Shown here: positions 10,231 to 21,016 of the stretch, in pieces
How positions within the stretch are numbered: the stretch's first letter is position 1
Layout of the letters: each line of letters begins with the position of its first letter
DNA from: an uncultured Planctomycetota bacterium
Lineage (GTDB): Bacteria; Planctomycetota; Planctomycetia; Gemmatales; Gemmataceae
Direction: 5' to 3'
Assembly: GCA_963849325.1 (NCBI GenBank)
Contig: CAWKHF010000002.1
Span: 640,001-704,000, forward strand
DNA: 64,000 nucleotides
Translations under genes and position numbers: made by a program
The notes under the pieces: generated by a model
What the model was told of the DNA's origin: nothing
The model's input: only the letters and a program-made list of their open reading frames with translations
Database searches by the model: none

Positions 10231-11714
10231 TCAAACGGCGACCTTCTCGGGCACGGCTCGGGGAGGAAGAAGGACAGCAAGAAGCCCGCCAGAAGGACGA
10301 ATCCGACGACCGCCGCCGCGGCATAGGCCATGTCCGTGGCCTCCTGTACCGGCGTGGGTTTGCCGCCGCCCCGCGCCAGCAGGGCCGCCAGCTCATTCGT
10401 CACGAGGGCGAACGAGGTGCCGAGGACGCGGCCGCCGAGGTTGGCGGCGCAGCTCTCGCCGGTGCCGCGGAGGTGAACCGGGTAGACCGTCGGCAGGTAG
10501 TTGCCCCAGAAACTGAACTGGGCCACGGTCAGCAGACCCACGAGGAAGATGCCGGCGTGGAACCAGGTGACCTGCATCGCCTTGCCACCGAGGTTCAATG
10601 AGAACAATTCCCGATTGTGGAGTACGCCGTAGCCGAACACCAGCGGCGCGATCAGAAGGCAGGGCACCAGGAAAAGGCGCAGCAGGTTGCGGCGGCTGAC
10701 GATGTACACGGCCAGGAGGGCCAGCAAGAAGCGGCCGAGGAGGCCGCCAACCTCCTGGAACGTCCCATAGAGACCGGTCATATCGCGCGAGATCGCCGTC
10801 TTCGCCTTCTGGGCCGCCTTGGGGTCGTTGTCGCTCACTTTCTCGGCCTGCGCCTGGTAGGTCGGCATCGCCTCGATCATGTACTGCACCTGCTGGATAC
10901 CGCCGAAGGCCACGCCGTAGCTGCAGGCGAACATCAGGGTCGTCACGATCGTGGTCCGCCTTAGTGCCGGCGAGAACAACTCCGCCACGCTGGGCCGCTT
11001 CAGGGTCCCTTCCGCCTTCCGCCGCGCCCACACCGGCGACTCCGGCATGAACGGCCGAATCAGCAGGAGCGGGATGGCGGGGATCACGCCGGAGAGCAGC
11101 GTGTACCGCCATGTGGCGTGGCCGTTGGCCACCGTGCCGAGCGTGCCGGCGAGGAACTCGGGCATCCGCAAGGCCGGCAGCTGCGAAGCGTACTGGTTCA
11201 AGAGCAGATAGACGCCCGCGACGGTCATGCCGCCGAAGGACGAGAACGCCTGCGTGTAGCCGAGCACCCGTTCGCGCTGCTCCGCCTGCGGAAAAAGCTC
11301 CGCCAGCCAGGCGATGGCCGCCACGAACTCCACGCACACGCCGATCAGGGTCAGGCAGCGGAGGACCAGGAACAGCGGCAGCGACGTCGAGAAACCGGAG
11401 GCAAAGGTAGCGAGGGCGTAGAGGAGGATGCTGAACGTCAAGACGCGGCGACGGCCGAGAAGGTCGGTCAAGTAGCCGCCCACCAGGCCGACCGCCCCGC
11501 CGACCATCATCGGCACCCAAAAGAGCAACCCTTTCCAGTGTCCCCGGGTGGCCGCATCGGCGTTGGGCAGCAACTCGACGAGCAATTCCCGGCCGATGTA
11601 CTGCATGACCAGCAGAACGTAGATGTCGAAGCCAAAGCCGATGGCCGCCATCACGAGGATGAGCCAGTGGGTCAAAGTCAGGCGTTGGCGGGCTGCGCCG
11701 AAAGATACAGACAC
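10231..11714 (-). CDS. MFS transporter
   Basis: GYLTDLLGRRRVL motif A, PESPVW, PTVYPVHLRGTG; probable true stop TGA at 10231 after a 1-bp indel. Confidence 0.88.
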
Positions 11715-11764
11715 GAGAATCTCCTGATGCCGCCGCGGCACAAGCCGGCAGGCGGAACACGATG

Positions 11765-12310
11765 TCATTCCGGCCGCACGATCTCCAGCAATTCCACCGC
11801 CGGTTGTTCGTCGCAGTGAATCAGGGCGAAACGGCCATACGTCGGTCGCGGGCCGTCGAGGCCGAACCACTCGATCATGGCCGGGCCGGGTATCACGCGC
11901 AGGAAGGCGGTCGGCTCGATGCGCCGCAGTACGTTGGCGTTAATCAAGACCCGGCCCAGCGGCGTTTGCCCGGCGAGGATCTGCTGACGAACCTCCTCGC
12001 TGCAATAGCGGAAATTGACGCGCATCAGGCCGAACATCACCACGCGGCCGCTTCCCTGGAGTGCCAGCAGGATTTTGCGCGAGTAGGAATCGCCGGCGAC
12101 CCGGTACTCCAAAACCCGGACATCGACCACCTCGCCGTGGTGGGCTTCGACGGTCACGGTCATGTGGTGCTCGTGGACGAGCAGACGGTCGTAGGGAGGC
12201 GGAACTCGGCCTGGCGGCACGAGTTCGCCCCGAGTCATGTAGTCGGCTGGCGGAAACAGGGCGAACAGACCTTGGACGTCGGTGCCGGTCGCATCGGGTG
12301 AGAAGTTCAT
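11765..12310 (-). CDS. Chorismate pyruvate-lyase-like (UbiC/UTRA fold, DUF98-like) protein
   Basis: LLVHEHHMTVTVEAHHG, YSRKILL, ILAGQTPLGRVL, PAVELLEIV follow the chorismate-lyase-fold pattern. Confidence 0.6.
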   Translation of the reverse strand: MNFSPDATGTDVQGLFALFPPADYMTRGELVPPGRVPPPYDRLLVHEHHMTVTVEAHHGEVVDVRVLEYRVAGDSYSRKILLALQGSGRVVMFGLMRVNFRYCSEEVRQQILAGQTPLGRVLINANVLRRIEPTAFLRVIPGPAMIEWFGLDGPRPTYGRFALIHCDEQPAVELLEIVRPE

Positions 12311-14155
12311 AAGGTTAATTGTAGCAGCGGCGGGGCTGCTGGCTCCGCAGCCGGCGGATTGACGGTCGAGGACGCTATCGACCAGGTAATAGAGCAGCTC
12401 GCGCAGTTCGGTCGGCTCGATGTCGTCGGCGACGGCCTCGGCGCGAGCGCGATACTTCTCGACGAGCTTCTCGGCCTTGTCGAAGACCTGCGCCTTCGTG
12501 AACAACTGCCGCACTCGTTCGACGGGTGGCCGCGGCGGCGTCCTTGTCCGGGCCACGACGCAGCAGCGCCAGCAATTCCGCGCGGTCGGCCGGCGCGCGA
12601 GCCTTCCAGGGCCAGCGCCAGCAGCAGCGTCGGCCGGGCCGCCAGCACGTCCTGGCCGGCGATCAGCTTGTTGTCGCTGTCGCCGTCCCAGTCCTTGAGG
12701 TCGTTGAGGATCTGGAAGGCGACGCCGAGGTGCTTGCTGAAGTCGGCGACGGCCTTTTCGTAGGCGTCGGCCGGCCCGGCCAGGCGCAGGCCGGCGTACA
12801 GGGCCGCCTCGAACGCCGGGGCCGTCTTGAGGGCGTAAATCTTCAGGGCGTCCAGGGCGGTCAGCGTCTTGTCGCCGGCGTCGCGCCAGAGCAGTTCGGC
12901 CCCCTGGCCCTCGGACAGTTTCAGGTGGGCGTCGGACAAGCGGTTGAGGATGTCGGCGGCGCAGTCGCCGCCCAGTTCCTTGCGCTCGCGGCCGACCAGG
13001 CGATAGCCCAGGCCGAGCAGGTAATCGCCGACGTTGATGGCGGTGCCGACGCCGTACTGGCGGTGCAGCGTGTCCGGCCGTAGCGGAAGGTGTCGTCGTC
13101 CTCGATGTCGTCGTGGACGAGCGACGCCTTGTGAAACGCCTCGATGGCCAGGGCGGTGCGCCGCACGCTGTCGGGCAGGTCACAGCCCTCGGCCGAGAGC
13201 GTGCCGGGCGCGCCCTTGAGGGCGTCGTAGGCGGCGAGCGTGATGAACGGCCGCGAACGCTTGCCGCCCTGGCCCAGCCAGTCGTAGGCGATGGTTTCGT
13301 GCTGCGCCAGAGGGTCGGATCGTAGCCGTAACGCGAGGGAAGAAGTTCTGCCCTCGCTTACGCTGCGGCTCGACGAGTTGGGTGCCGCCAGCGGGTGAAG
13401 AGCGCGACCGCGGCGCCAGCCGGCTCAACTCCGGCTCCTCGCAAATCTGATGCGCCGGCCGCAGCAGATGAACGTAGGTCTTCGTCTCGCTTGGCCGGCG
13501 GCGGCGTCTTGCAGGTCGATCAGCTCGGACACCCAGTCGTCATCGACCGACGTGCTCGGCAGTTGCTCGACAGCAGCGGCGCGGCCACGCAGGGGATGCC
13601 GGCCAGCAGAATCTTGTCGATCGCCTTTTCCAGCACGTTCAGGCAGGCGACGCCGACGATGGCATCGACGTGGCCGCTGACGATGATCTTGAGGACGATG
13701 GGCGTGCCTTCGGAGACGAGCACCTTGTAGCCGAGGTCCTCGGCCTTGGTCTTGAAGTCGGCGACGGAGCAGGCGCCGCACTTGCGGCAATCGAGGCCGA
13801 ACTCGTCGTAGTCGGCGGGGCAGCCCTCGGCGTGCTTGAGGCAGTGCGGCAACAGCAGCAGGCGGCGCTTGAAATCGATGGCCTGCACCTGCTCGCGCCA
13901 GAACTCGTTGGTGATGCAGACCATCGCGAAGCCGAGGTACTGCTCGCCCAGGTCCATGCCGCGCAGCAGATCCTCGCCCATCTTCTGCAGGTCCGGCTTG
14001 GTCAGCGGCCGGGCGCGGTCGAGCGTCTGGCCGAGGCGGGCGGCCTCGGCGCGGACGCGGTCGCGCAGCTCGCGCGTCTCCGGGACGACCTTGAGGTGGG
14101 CGGTGCTGGGACGTTTGTCTTTCTTCTCGGCCTTGGGTTCGGCAGCGGTGGCCAC
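12307..14155 (-). CDS. DUF116 domain fused to polyprenyl diphosphate synthase (frameshifted)
   Basis: LLLLPHCLK...CRKCGAC...IVGVAC (DUF116-like); [23 protein letters not shown] (FARM), [22 protein letters not shown] (SARM variant). Confidence 0.85.
13324..13372. repeat. Degenerate REP-like palindrome inside the polyprenyl synthase gene
   Basis: Minus strand agccgcagcgtaagcgagggcagaacttcttccctcgcgttacggct resembles family A arms; flanked on both sides by coding sequence of the same gene. Confidence 0.65.
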
Positions 14156-14165
14156 GGTGGAGTCC

Positions 14166-16014
14166 TCAGGATGGCCGTTCCGGGTGGGTCAACAGGTCGC
14201 GGTGGGAGAGTTTCTTGCGGGCGCGTCCCAGGGCGGCGACGGAGAAGATTATCGGATAGAGCTTCTCGAAATACCACAGTTTGGCGAAGTAAAACCCGAT
14301 GGGCGTGGGGTCGTACAGGCCGCCGGCCTCTACCCGCTGGACGAGCCAGGCCAGGCCGTTATTCACGGCCGCCTCCGCGTCGGGCCCGGCGTCGAGCAGC
14401 ACTTCGACGGCCAGGGCCGTTTCCTCGATGCTGGACGGCGTGTCCGCGGCCCCGCCCCAGCCGCCGTCGGCGTTCTGTGCGGCCAGCAGCCAGGCGACGC
14501 CGCGGCGGGCCGGCTCGTCCGTTCATCCTATCGAGGTCGCGGTAAGCGGCCAGCACGCGGGCGGTGCCGTAGGTGGGGTTCTCGTCGTCGGGGGCGTGCT
14601 GGTTGCCGAACCAGAGGGGCAGCCAGGAGCCGTCGGGGCGCTGAGTGTCGGCGAGATAATCCAACCCCCACTCCATCGCCACGACGTCGGCAGGCCGCTT
14701 CGCGATTAAGTGTCCAGAATGTTTGGTAGAGCTTGCCGTTGGTTCTTCTATGCCAGGCCATGACGGCCCGCAGAGCGTGAGCGGTCAGGTCGCTGCCGCT
14801 GCGGTCAAAAGGCAGATGCCCCCAGCCACGGCAGAAGGTGGGCCAACCGCCGTCGCCATTTTGCAGAGCCGAGCAACCAGTCCAGCCCTCTCTTGACCGC
14901 ACGGAAGTTTTCCTCTCCCCAACCCGTGTGTTGAAGGGCCAGCAGAGCACCCGGCGTGTCGTCCGCATCCGGCACGCCGCCCGGCAGGTCGGTCCAGGCC
15001 CAGCCGCCGGGGTCGGCCCCCGTGTAGGGATGCCGCTCCTTGTATTGCTGCCCCAGCAGCCAGTCGCGCACTTCGTCGCCTTTGTCCAGCGTGTCCAGGT
15101 CGCCGGCCGCCGCCAGGGCGTTGACCGACAGCGTCGTCACCCAGGTCGCCAGGTTGGTGTCGATCGGCCAGCTGCCGTCGGGCCGCACCGACTTCACCAG
15201 GAACTCGACGCCCTTGCTGACGACCGGATGGTCGGCCCGGCCGATGCTCGCCAGGCCCAGCGTGACGAAGCTGGTCAGCGGCGTCGCTTCGAGGAAGCCG
15301 CCGCTGGACGGCTGGATGTTCTGCAGCACGCGCAGGCTCTTGCCGATGGCCAGCCGGCGCACCAAGCGCAGCCAGCGGGATTCCGCGGCGGCCGATGGTG
15401 ATAGACCGCCTGCCCGATGGCGATGAGGGCCGGCAGGGCGTAGCTGACGACGGGCAGGCGCAGGAAGCGAAACCACGACTGCGGAAAGCACGCCAGCTCG
15501 AACGGCAGCGACGGCACCTCGCTCCAGGACACCAGGCCGGCCAGGGCGCTGGTCATCAGGATCGGCACCGAGAAGGTGCGGTCCTTGCCGTAGCGGGCGC
15601 GGACCGCCTCGGCCAACTCCTCCGGCGTCTGCGCCGTAGCGCGCGTGCAGCCAGTCGCTCGGCTGCGCCGCAAGGCTGGCGGTCGTAGGTCGCGGCCGTT
15701 CCGGCGAGGTGGAAGGCGGCGCGGCAGAGCATGGTCGTCGAGATGTTGCTGAAGCTCTTGACCGTGTCGCCCCAGCCGCCGTCGGCGTTCTGATGCGCCG
15801 CGAGCCAGGCGAGGCCGCCGGCGATGAGCGGATCGAACGATCCGTGCGCGGCGGTCGCTTTCTGGACCAGGGCGAGGGCGCTGACGGCGGTGGCGGTGGA
15901 GAGGGCGGAGGTGGACAGTTCGCCGACCCAGTGGCCTTCCGGAGTGCGTTCGGCGAGCAGGGCGGCGAGGGCGGTTTGGAAGGCCGAATCCAACTGTTCA
16001 ACCGGCGTTGTCAT
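14166..16014 (-). CDS. Squalene-hopene cyclase-like class II terpene cyclase (frameshifted)
   Basis: [16 protein letters not shown] repeats ([26 protein letters not shown]), DxDD motif [15 protein letters not shown]-terminal [16 protein letters not shown]. Confidence 0.85.
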
Positions 16015-16507
16015 CGTGCGATTTATCCTGCTGTTTCTCTTCCAGTGCGGCCCGAAGCAGGGGTAATACAGCCTTATCTTTGGGGCGCCCCGCCGCCTCT
16101 TTGGTGGCTATCAAGTGGGACAGAGACAGCAGCTTTACGGGGTACGAATCGACGAGGATCTCCTTGGTGTCATCGATTACTTGCTCATACCCACCGATCG
16201 CGCTCATGACGCCCAACAGGTCCAGGGACTCTGTGCCGATTACCAAGGTGAAATTGCTTCCCAGCTGCAAGGCGCGTTCATCGAAGGTAAAAGGAAGATC
16301 GGGTGGTAAACCTCGGAGACGCGGTTGGAGTGGAGCTAGAACTTGGGCCAGCCGAGCGATGTTTCCAGGTGTTCGGCGGTAGCAAATGTCCAGATCCAGC
16401 GTCGCGACTTGAGCTCCTTGCAAGATGGCACTAACTCCGCCAACTATCACGAACTCAACCTGCCCTTACGCCAGTCTAACGATCATGTCTTTCGCGAAAG
16501 GCCACAT
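15998..16507 (-). CDS. Nucleotidyltransferase-fold toxin-like protein; in-frame TAA near the 5' end
   Basis: [30 protein letters not shown]...TLDLDICY...[15 protein letters not shown]/DxD NTase pattern. Confidence 0.72.
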
Positions 16508-16868
16508 CGTCGCGTGCCTCCCGAAGAAACTGCCTCCATCCCTCATGTCGCTCCAACAATTCGTCCGGCGTCATGGCGCGAGCCTGGGCTATCTGAGTGT
16601 AATCGACATCCCCTTGATGGCCGAGGTCGAAACCGTAAGGCTGGGTGACTCCCGGCGTAAAAGGGAGTTCGCGCGGATACCACAGGCAAGCGAGAACATC
16701 CTCCGGCGTCAAACCTTCGTATTCCGCACAAAGATCCGCCGCCGTCGCTCCGCGAGCACATCGCCCGCAGATGTATTCGACCGTGAGTCGCGTTCCTTTT
16801 ATCACCGGCTTCCCCGCCATGATCGCGGGATTGACGGTGATGCGTTCCAGTAGTTGTTTGTCCGCCAT
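16476..16868 (-). CDS. DUF433 antitoxin-like protein with C-terminal extension
   Basis: RITVNPAIMAGKPVIKGTRLTVEYI...LTPEDVLACLWY; GGGAG RBS. Confidence 0.85.
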   Translation of the reverse strand: MADKQLLERITVNPAIMAGKPVIKGTRLTVEYICGRCARGATAADLCAEYEGLTPEDVLACLWYPRELPFTPGVTQPYGFDLGHQGDVDYTQIAQARAMTPDELLERHEGWRQFLREARDDVAFRERHDR

Positions 16869-16878
16869 ATCGACTCCC

Positions 16879-17912
16879 TCAAATCTCCAGCTCATCCAGC
16901 GCATCCATCAGCTTGTCGAGGTCGTCCTTCGGCCCTTGCGGCTTGTCCGCCTGCCGCTTGGGGATGCCGACCGTCAGGCCGACCGCCTCGCCGGCCGTCG
17001 GCGACCAGTTCGCGGTCGCGCTCCTGCGCGGCCATCGCCAAGGCGTCGCCGCCGCCGAACAGCTTGCGTCAGGTCGATCTTCAAGCCGCTGATGTTGCCG
17101 ACCGGGGCGCCGGCGATGGCCGGCGTCTTGTAATCGGGGAACATGATGGCCTGTTCGGGACAGACCCGGCTGCACGCCGGGCAGCCGCGCTTGCAGTTGT
17201 CCTGGTTCTCGACGACAAGACGGTCCAGCTTGTCCACGCCGTAGACGCCGAACAGGCAGAAATCGAGGCACTCCATGCAATTCGTGCAGCGGCTGTAGTC
17301 GATCACCGGATACCAGCGGCGCCCCGGCTGTTGCAGCAGTTGCTCGGAGGAAAATTCCGTCTGGGGTTTGGCCGGTTCCTCGTCGCGGAGATAGCGGCCC
17401 AGCTGCACGAGCGTCGGGTTGCCCTGAATCCAGGTTTTCAGCTGCGTCTCGCGCCGCTCGCGGCACTCCGCGGCGATGCGGCGAACTTCCTCGACGTAGA
17501 CTCGTAGTCGCCGTGGTCGCGCAGGTCGAGAGCAGTAGATGTGGCGGTCGGGCACGTCGACGGCGCCGATGCCCTTGGGCGGCTCCGGTTCGCCGTCCTC
17601 CTCGTCCTCCTCGCCTCGGCCGGCGGCTTGATCTGGTTTTCGCCGTAGTGGCCCTTGATGCCGTCGCGGTCGAGCAGCCAGAAGGCGGCGCGCGGGAACA
17701 TCCAGCGCCAGGACGACCATGTCGCCCTGGACCGACTCCAGGAACAGCCGGCCGGTGTGCTCGGCGTCCAGGTCGTACAGGTAGGGCACGATCGACACGT
17801 CCAGGCCCGGCTCCATGATGAGGGCGGCGGCGATGCTCTCCTCCAGGGCCCGCTTGGCGGGGTTCTTGCCCTGGGCCTGCGACAGGACGACGGTCAGGCG
17901 TTGGCGGCTCAT
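16879..17912 (-). CDS. 4Fe-4S dicluster ferredoxin-domain protein (frameshifted)
   Basis: CTNCMECLDFC and CKRGCPACSRVCP. Confidence 0.85.
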
Positions 17913-17921
17913 GGTGTCAAC

Positions 17922-18385
17922 TCAATCCTCGGTGTTGATCTTGCCCTTGATCAGACGCTGCGTCTTCTCCCAGTTGTCCGCCAGGAACTGATAGTATTCG
18001 TCCACGTCCCACAGACTCGTCGCCGGCGCAGTCCATCTCGAACAGCCAGCCGGCGCCGTAGCCGTCGACGTTGATGCCGGAGGGGTCTTGCAGCAACTCC
18101 GGGTTGAACGCGACGAGCGTGCCGGCCAGCGGGGCGAACAGGTCGGAGACGGCCTTGGACGTTTCGATGTGGCCGATCTGCTGCAGCAGCTTCGACGCGG
18201 TCGCCGGCGTTGACCTGCCAGTCGAGGAAGTACACGTCCTGCATCAGCCGGACGGCGTAGGACGTGAAGCCGAAGCGCAGCCGGCCGCCCTCACAGCGGC
18301 ACCACATGTGATTGCGCGCGTAGCGCAGCCCGCCCGGCAGCACGGCGGGGAACTTGCCCATCAGGAAGGTCAGGTCGTCGGGCAT
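17922..18385 (-). CDS. Glycine cleavage H-protein-like lipoyl carrier (frameshifted)
   Basis: YARNHMW, RFGFTSYAVRLMQDVYFL, GHIETSKAVSDLFAP (lipoyl-Lys position), NVDGYGAGWLFEM. Confidence 0.82.
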
Positions 18386-18399
18386 GACTGCCACAAGTT

Positions 18400-18470
18400 C
18401 ACCGCGAGACGCGAGACGCAGGAATGACAAGAGTACATCATTCGTTCCCTGCGCCTCGCGTCTCGCGGTG
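18400..18470. repeat. Intergenic palindrome (REP-like)
   Basis: caccgcgagacgcgagacgcagg...cctgcgcctcgcgtctcgcggtg. Confidence 0.7.
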
Positions 18471-18477
18471 ATCTCTT

Positions 18478-19811
18478 TCAGGTGTAGCGCGTGCTGCGGT
18501 ACTGCGGCTCGAAGAACACCGGCAGCAGCCGATCCACCTGCAACAACCCCTCGCGCGTCAGCTCCACGCCGTCCGGCCGTGCGCGTCAGGAAGCCGCTCG
18601 CGCTTCCAGCTCGCTCGAAGCCGTCCGCGAAGCTCTCCAGGATATCCGCGCCGAACTTGTGGCGGAAGTAGGCCGGCTCCAGCCGGCCGGTTTTGAGCTG
18701 CAGGATCATCTCGCGGATCAGCCGCTGGCGCGGCGTCGACCGGCAGCGCCCGGCCCAGCGGCAGCTCGTCCCTGTCGCAGCATGCTCGACGTACTGCTCC
18801 CAGCGTATCGACGTTCTGGACGTGGACGCCGTGGACGTGGCCGAACGAGGCGACGCCGGTGCCGAACATGTCGGCCCCGTGCCACAGGCTGTCGCGGTAG
18901 ACGAAGCGGCAGCGCTGCCGGTCCTTGACCAGCGTGTAGGCGCTGGAGACCTCGTAGCCCGCCGGCGATCATCTGTCGAAGGCGTAGTTGACCCAGGCCC
19001 GCTTGGTCGGCCAGTCGGCGATCGGCCATGGCCGGCTCGTCCTGGCCGATCACCTGCAGTTCCTGCGAGAAGACGCGTGTTGAACGGCAATTCCATCTGG
19101 TAGATGGTGACGCTGTCGGGCGCCAGGGCGAGCGTCTTGCGCACGCACTGTCTTCCAGTTGTCCCACGTCTCGCCGACCATGCCGGCGATCAGGTCGATG
19201 TTGATCTGCTCGAAGCCGAGGTCGCGCGCCCAGCCGTAGGCGCGGTAGATCTCCTCTTCGAGATGGGCCCGGCCGTTGAATTCGAGGATCTTCGGGTCGA
19301 AGTTCTCGACGCCGAGGCTGAGCCGGGTCACGCCGAGCTCGCGCAGCGCTTCGAGCTTGTGCTGCTGCAGCGTGCCCGGCTCGCACTCGAAGGTCACTTC
19401 CTCGGCGCCGTCCCACGGCAGGACTGCCTGCAGCCGCTCCATCAGGCCGCGCAGCTGCGCCGGCGCTGAGGTACGACGGCGTGCCGCCGCCGAAGTAGAC
19501 GTAGTTGCAGCGGCCGGCCGCCGACGAGCGGGACGCGGCTGTACAGCTCGACTTCCTTGACCAGGGCGTCGAGGTAGGTTTCCACGTCGCGGGCGTTCTT
19601 GTCGGTGTAGACGCGGAAGTAGCAGAACTTGCAGCGCTTCCGGCAGAACGGGATGTGCAGGTACAGCCCCAGCGGCGTGCCGGGCTGCGGCGGCCGCGTC
19701 GAGGGCGGCGCGGGCGTCGGGCAGGTGGGCCGGCTTCCAGGCCGAGAACGGCGGATAGTTGGCGACGAAGTAGTTGCCCAATCCTGTAGACTCATCACAA
19801 GTCTTTGTCAT
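18478..19811 (-). CDS. HemN-like radical SAM enzyme (frameshifted; N-terminus supplied by the integrated element)
   Basis: [18 protein letters not shown] (CxxxCxxC), [41 protein letters not shown]. Confidence 0.9.
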
Positions 19812-19842
19812 ATAAGCACTTCCGGCAACAGTGAAAAACGTT

Positions 19843-19864
19843 TGACACGGAATTGACACGGAAT
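19843..19864 (+). repeat. Left arm-type integrase binding repeats, 2 x TGACACGGAAT
   Basis: Two exact tandem 11-mers; same motif recurs at 23923-23974. Confidence 0.8.
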
Positions 19865-19881
19865 GGCACCTTGCCTACACT
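19853..19881 (+). promoter_or_regulatory. Sigma70-type promoter of the integrase
   Basis: TTGACA (19853-19858), 17 bp spacer, TACACT (19876-19881). Confidence 0.7.
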
Positions 19882-19940
19882 GTAGGCAGGTGGTTTTGGG
19901 GAACCGTAAGGTACAACAGCAAGCAGCGGAGAACCGAATC

Positions 19941-21016
19941 ATGGCACGCAAGAGCCGGGTCCGTGGTGGTGGGAGGCGAGACAACAATGGTTCGTCACGC
20001 ACAAGGGCAAGCAAGTCCCTCTTGGCAAGGATGAGGCGGAAGCTCGCCGTCAATGGCACTTCCTTGAAGCAAGTGCCCAAACGCATACGGCAGGTGACGG
20101 CAACCTCTTCGTTGCCCTTGCCGACAACTTCCTTGACTGGATCAAGCGGCACAAGAAACCGAAGACGTTCAGCGTCTATCGTATCCATTTGGAGGCGTTC
20201 GGCAAGGTGCATCCTACGGTCGCTGTCCACGAATTGAAACCTCATCATGTTGACGCTGTTGTCCAGCTTCATCCGACCTGGGGCAAGAGTACGATTCGTG
20301 GGTTCATGGTGGCTGTGAACACTTGCCTGAATTGGGCAGTTAAGCAAGGGTTCACGACACGGAACCCGCTCCATCGTCGTCTGACCATCCCCGCCATCGT
20401 CAGCCGTGGCGGTCAGAAGGATGTACCGATCCCGCCGGAGGACTACGCCGTGATGCTCGCCCATGCGAACCCGAACCTGAGAGACTTCATCATCGCTTGT
20501 CGCAATACTGGCACTCGCCCTGAGAACGTAGCAGCGGCGACAGCGAAGGACTACCACAAGGAAGCGGCTTGTTGGGTTCTCGGAACGCATAAGACGGATG
20601 AGGATGGTAGCAGTCTCGTCATCCACTTGAACCCGACGATGGTAGCTTTGACGGAGCGGTTGATTGCCAAGTACCCGGAGGGTCCGTTGTTCAGGAACAA
20701 CCAAGGGAACCCCTGGCGGGATGAGGTATGGGGCAAGGCAATGGCGGGGTTGAAAAAGACGCTGGCGGCGAAGGGTATCAAGTTGAAGAGCCGGGGAATC
20801 ATGTATGGTTTCAGGCACGGTGTAGCGACCGATCTACTTGAGGCGGGAGTACCAGAGGCGCACGTTGCCGCAATCCTGGGTCACAAGTCCACGGTGATGA
20901 TCCACAAGCATTACAGCCATTTGACCAGTCGTCACGCTGCTTTGAAAGTACATCTTGAACATATCCAACCGACAGCGGGCGAAGTCACAACCGGAGATGC
21001 TTCAACCCCGCAATGA
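19941..21016 (+). CDS. Tyrosine recombinase/integrase (frameshift near codon 6)
   Basis: ATG 19941 with GGAG RBS, then shifted frame PWWWEARQQWFVTHKGKQVPLG; catalytic NTGTRPEN, HKT, YGFRHG, ILGHKS, HKHYSH. Confidence 0.93.

Noticed and set aside
8919-11870. Apparent 983-aa MFS-glycosyltransferase fusion
   Set aside because: One indel near 10255 gives a natural MFS end (...PEKVAV*, TGA at 10231), and the GT4 has its own start at 10208.
18478-19811. Naming the radical SAM gene hemN or hemW, and the cyclase shc
   Set aside because: Family motifs only; the gene context is neither heme nor canonical hopanoid synthesis, so no symbol was assigned.
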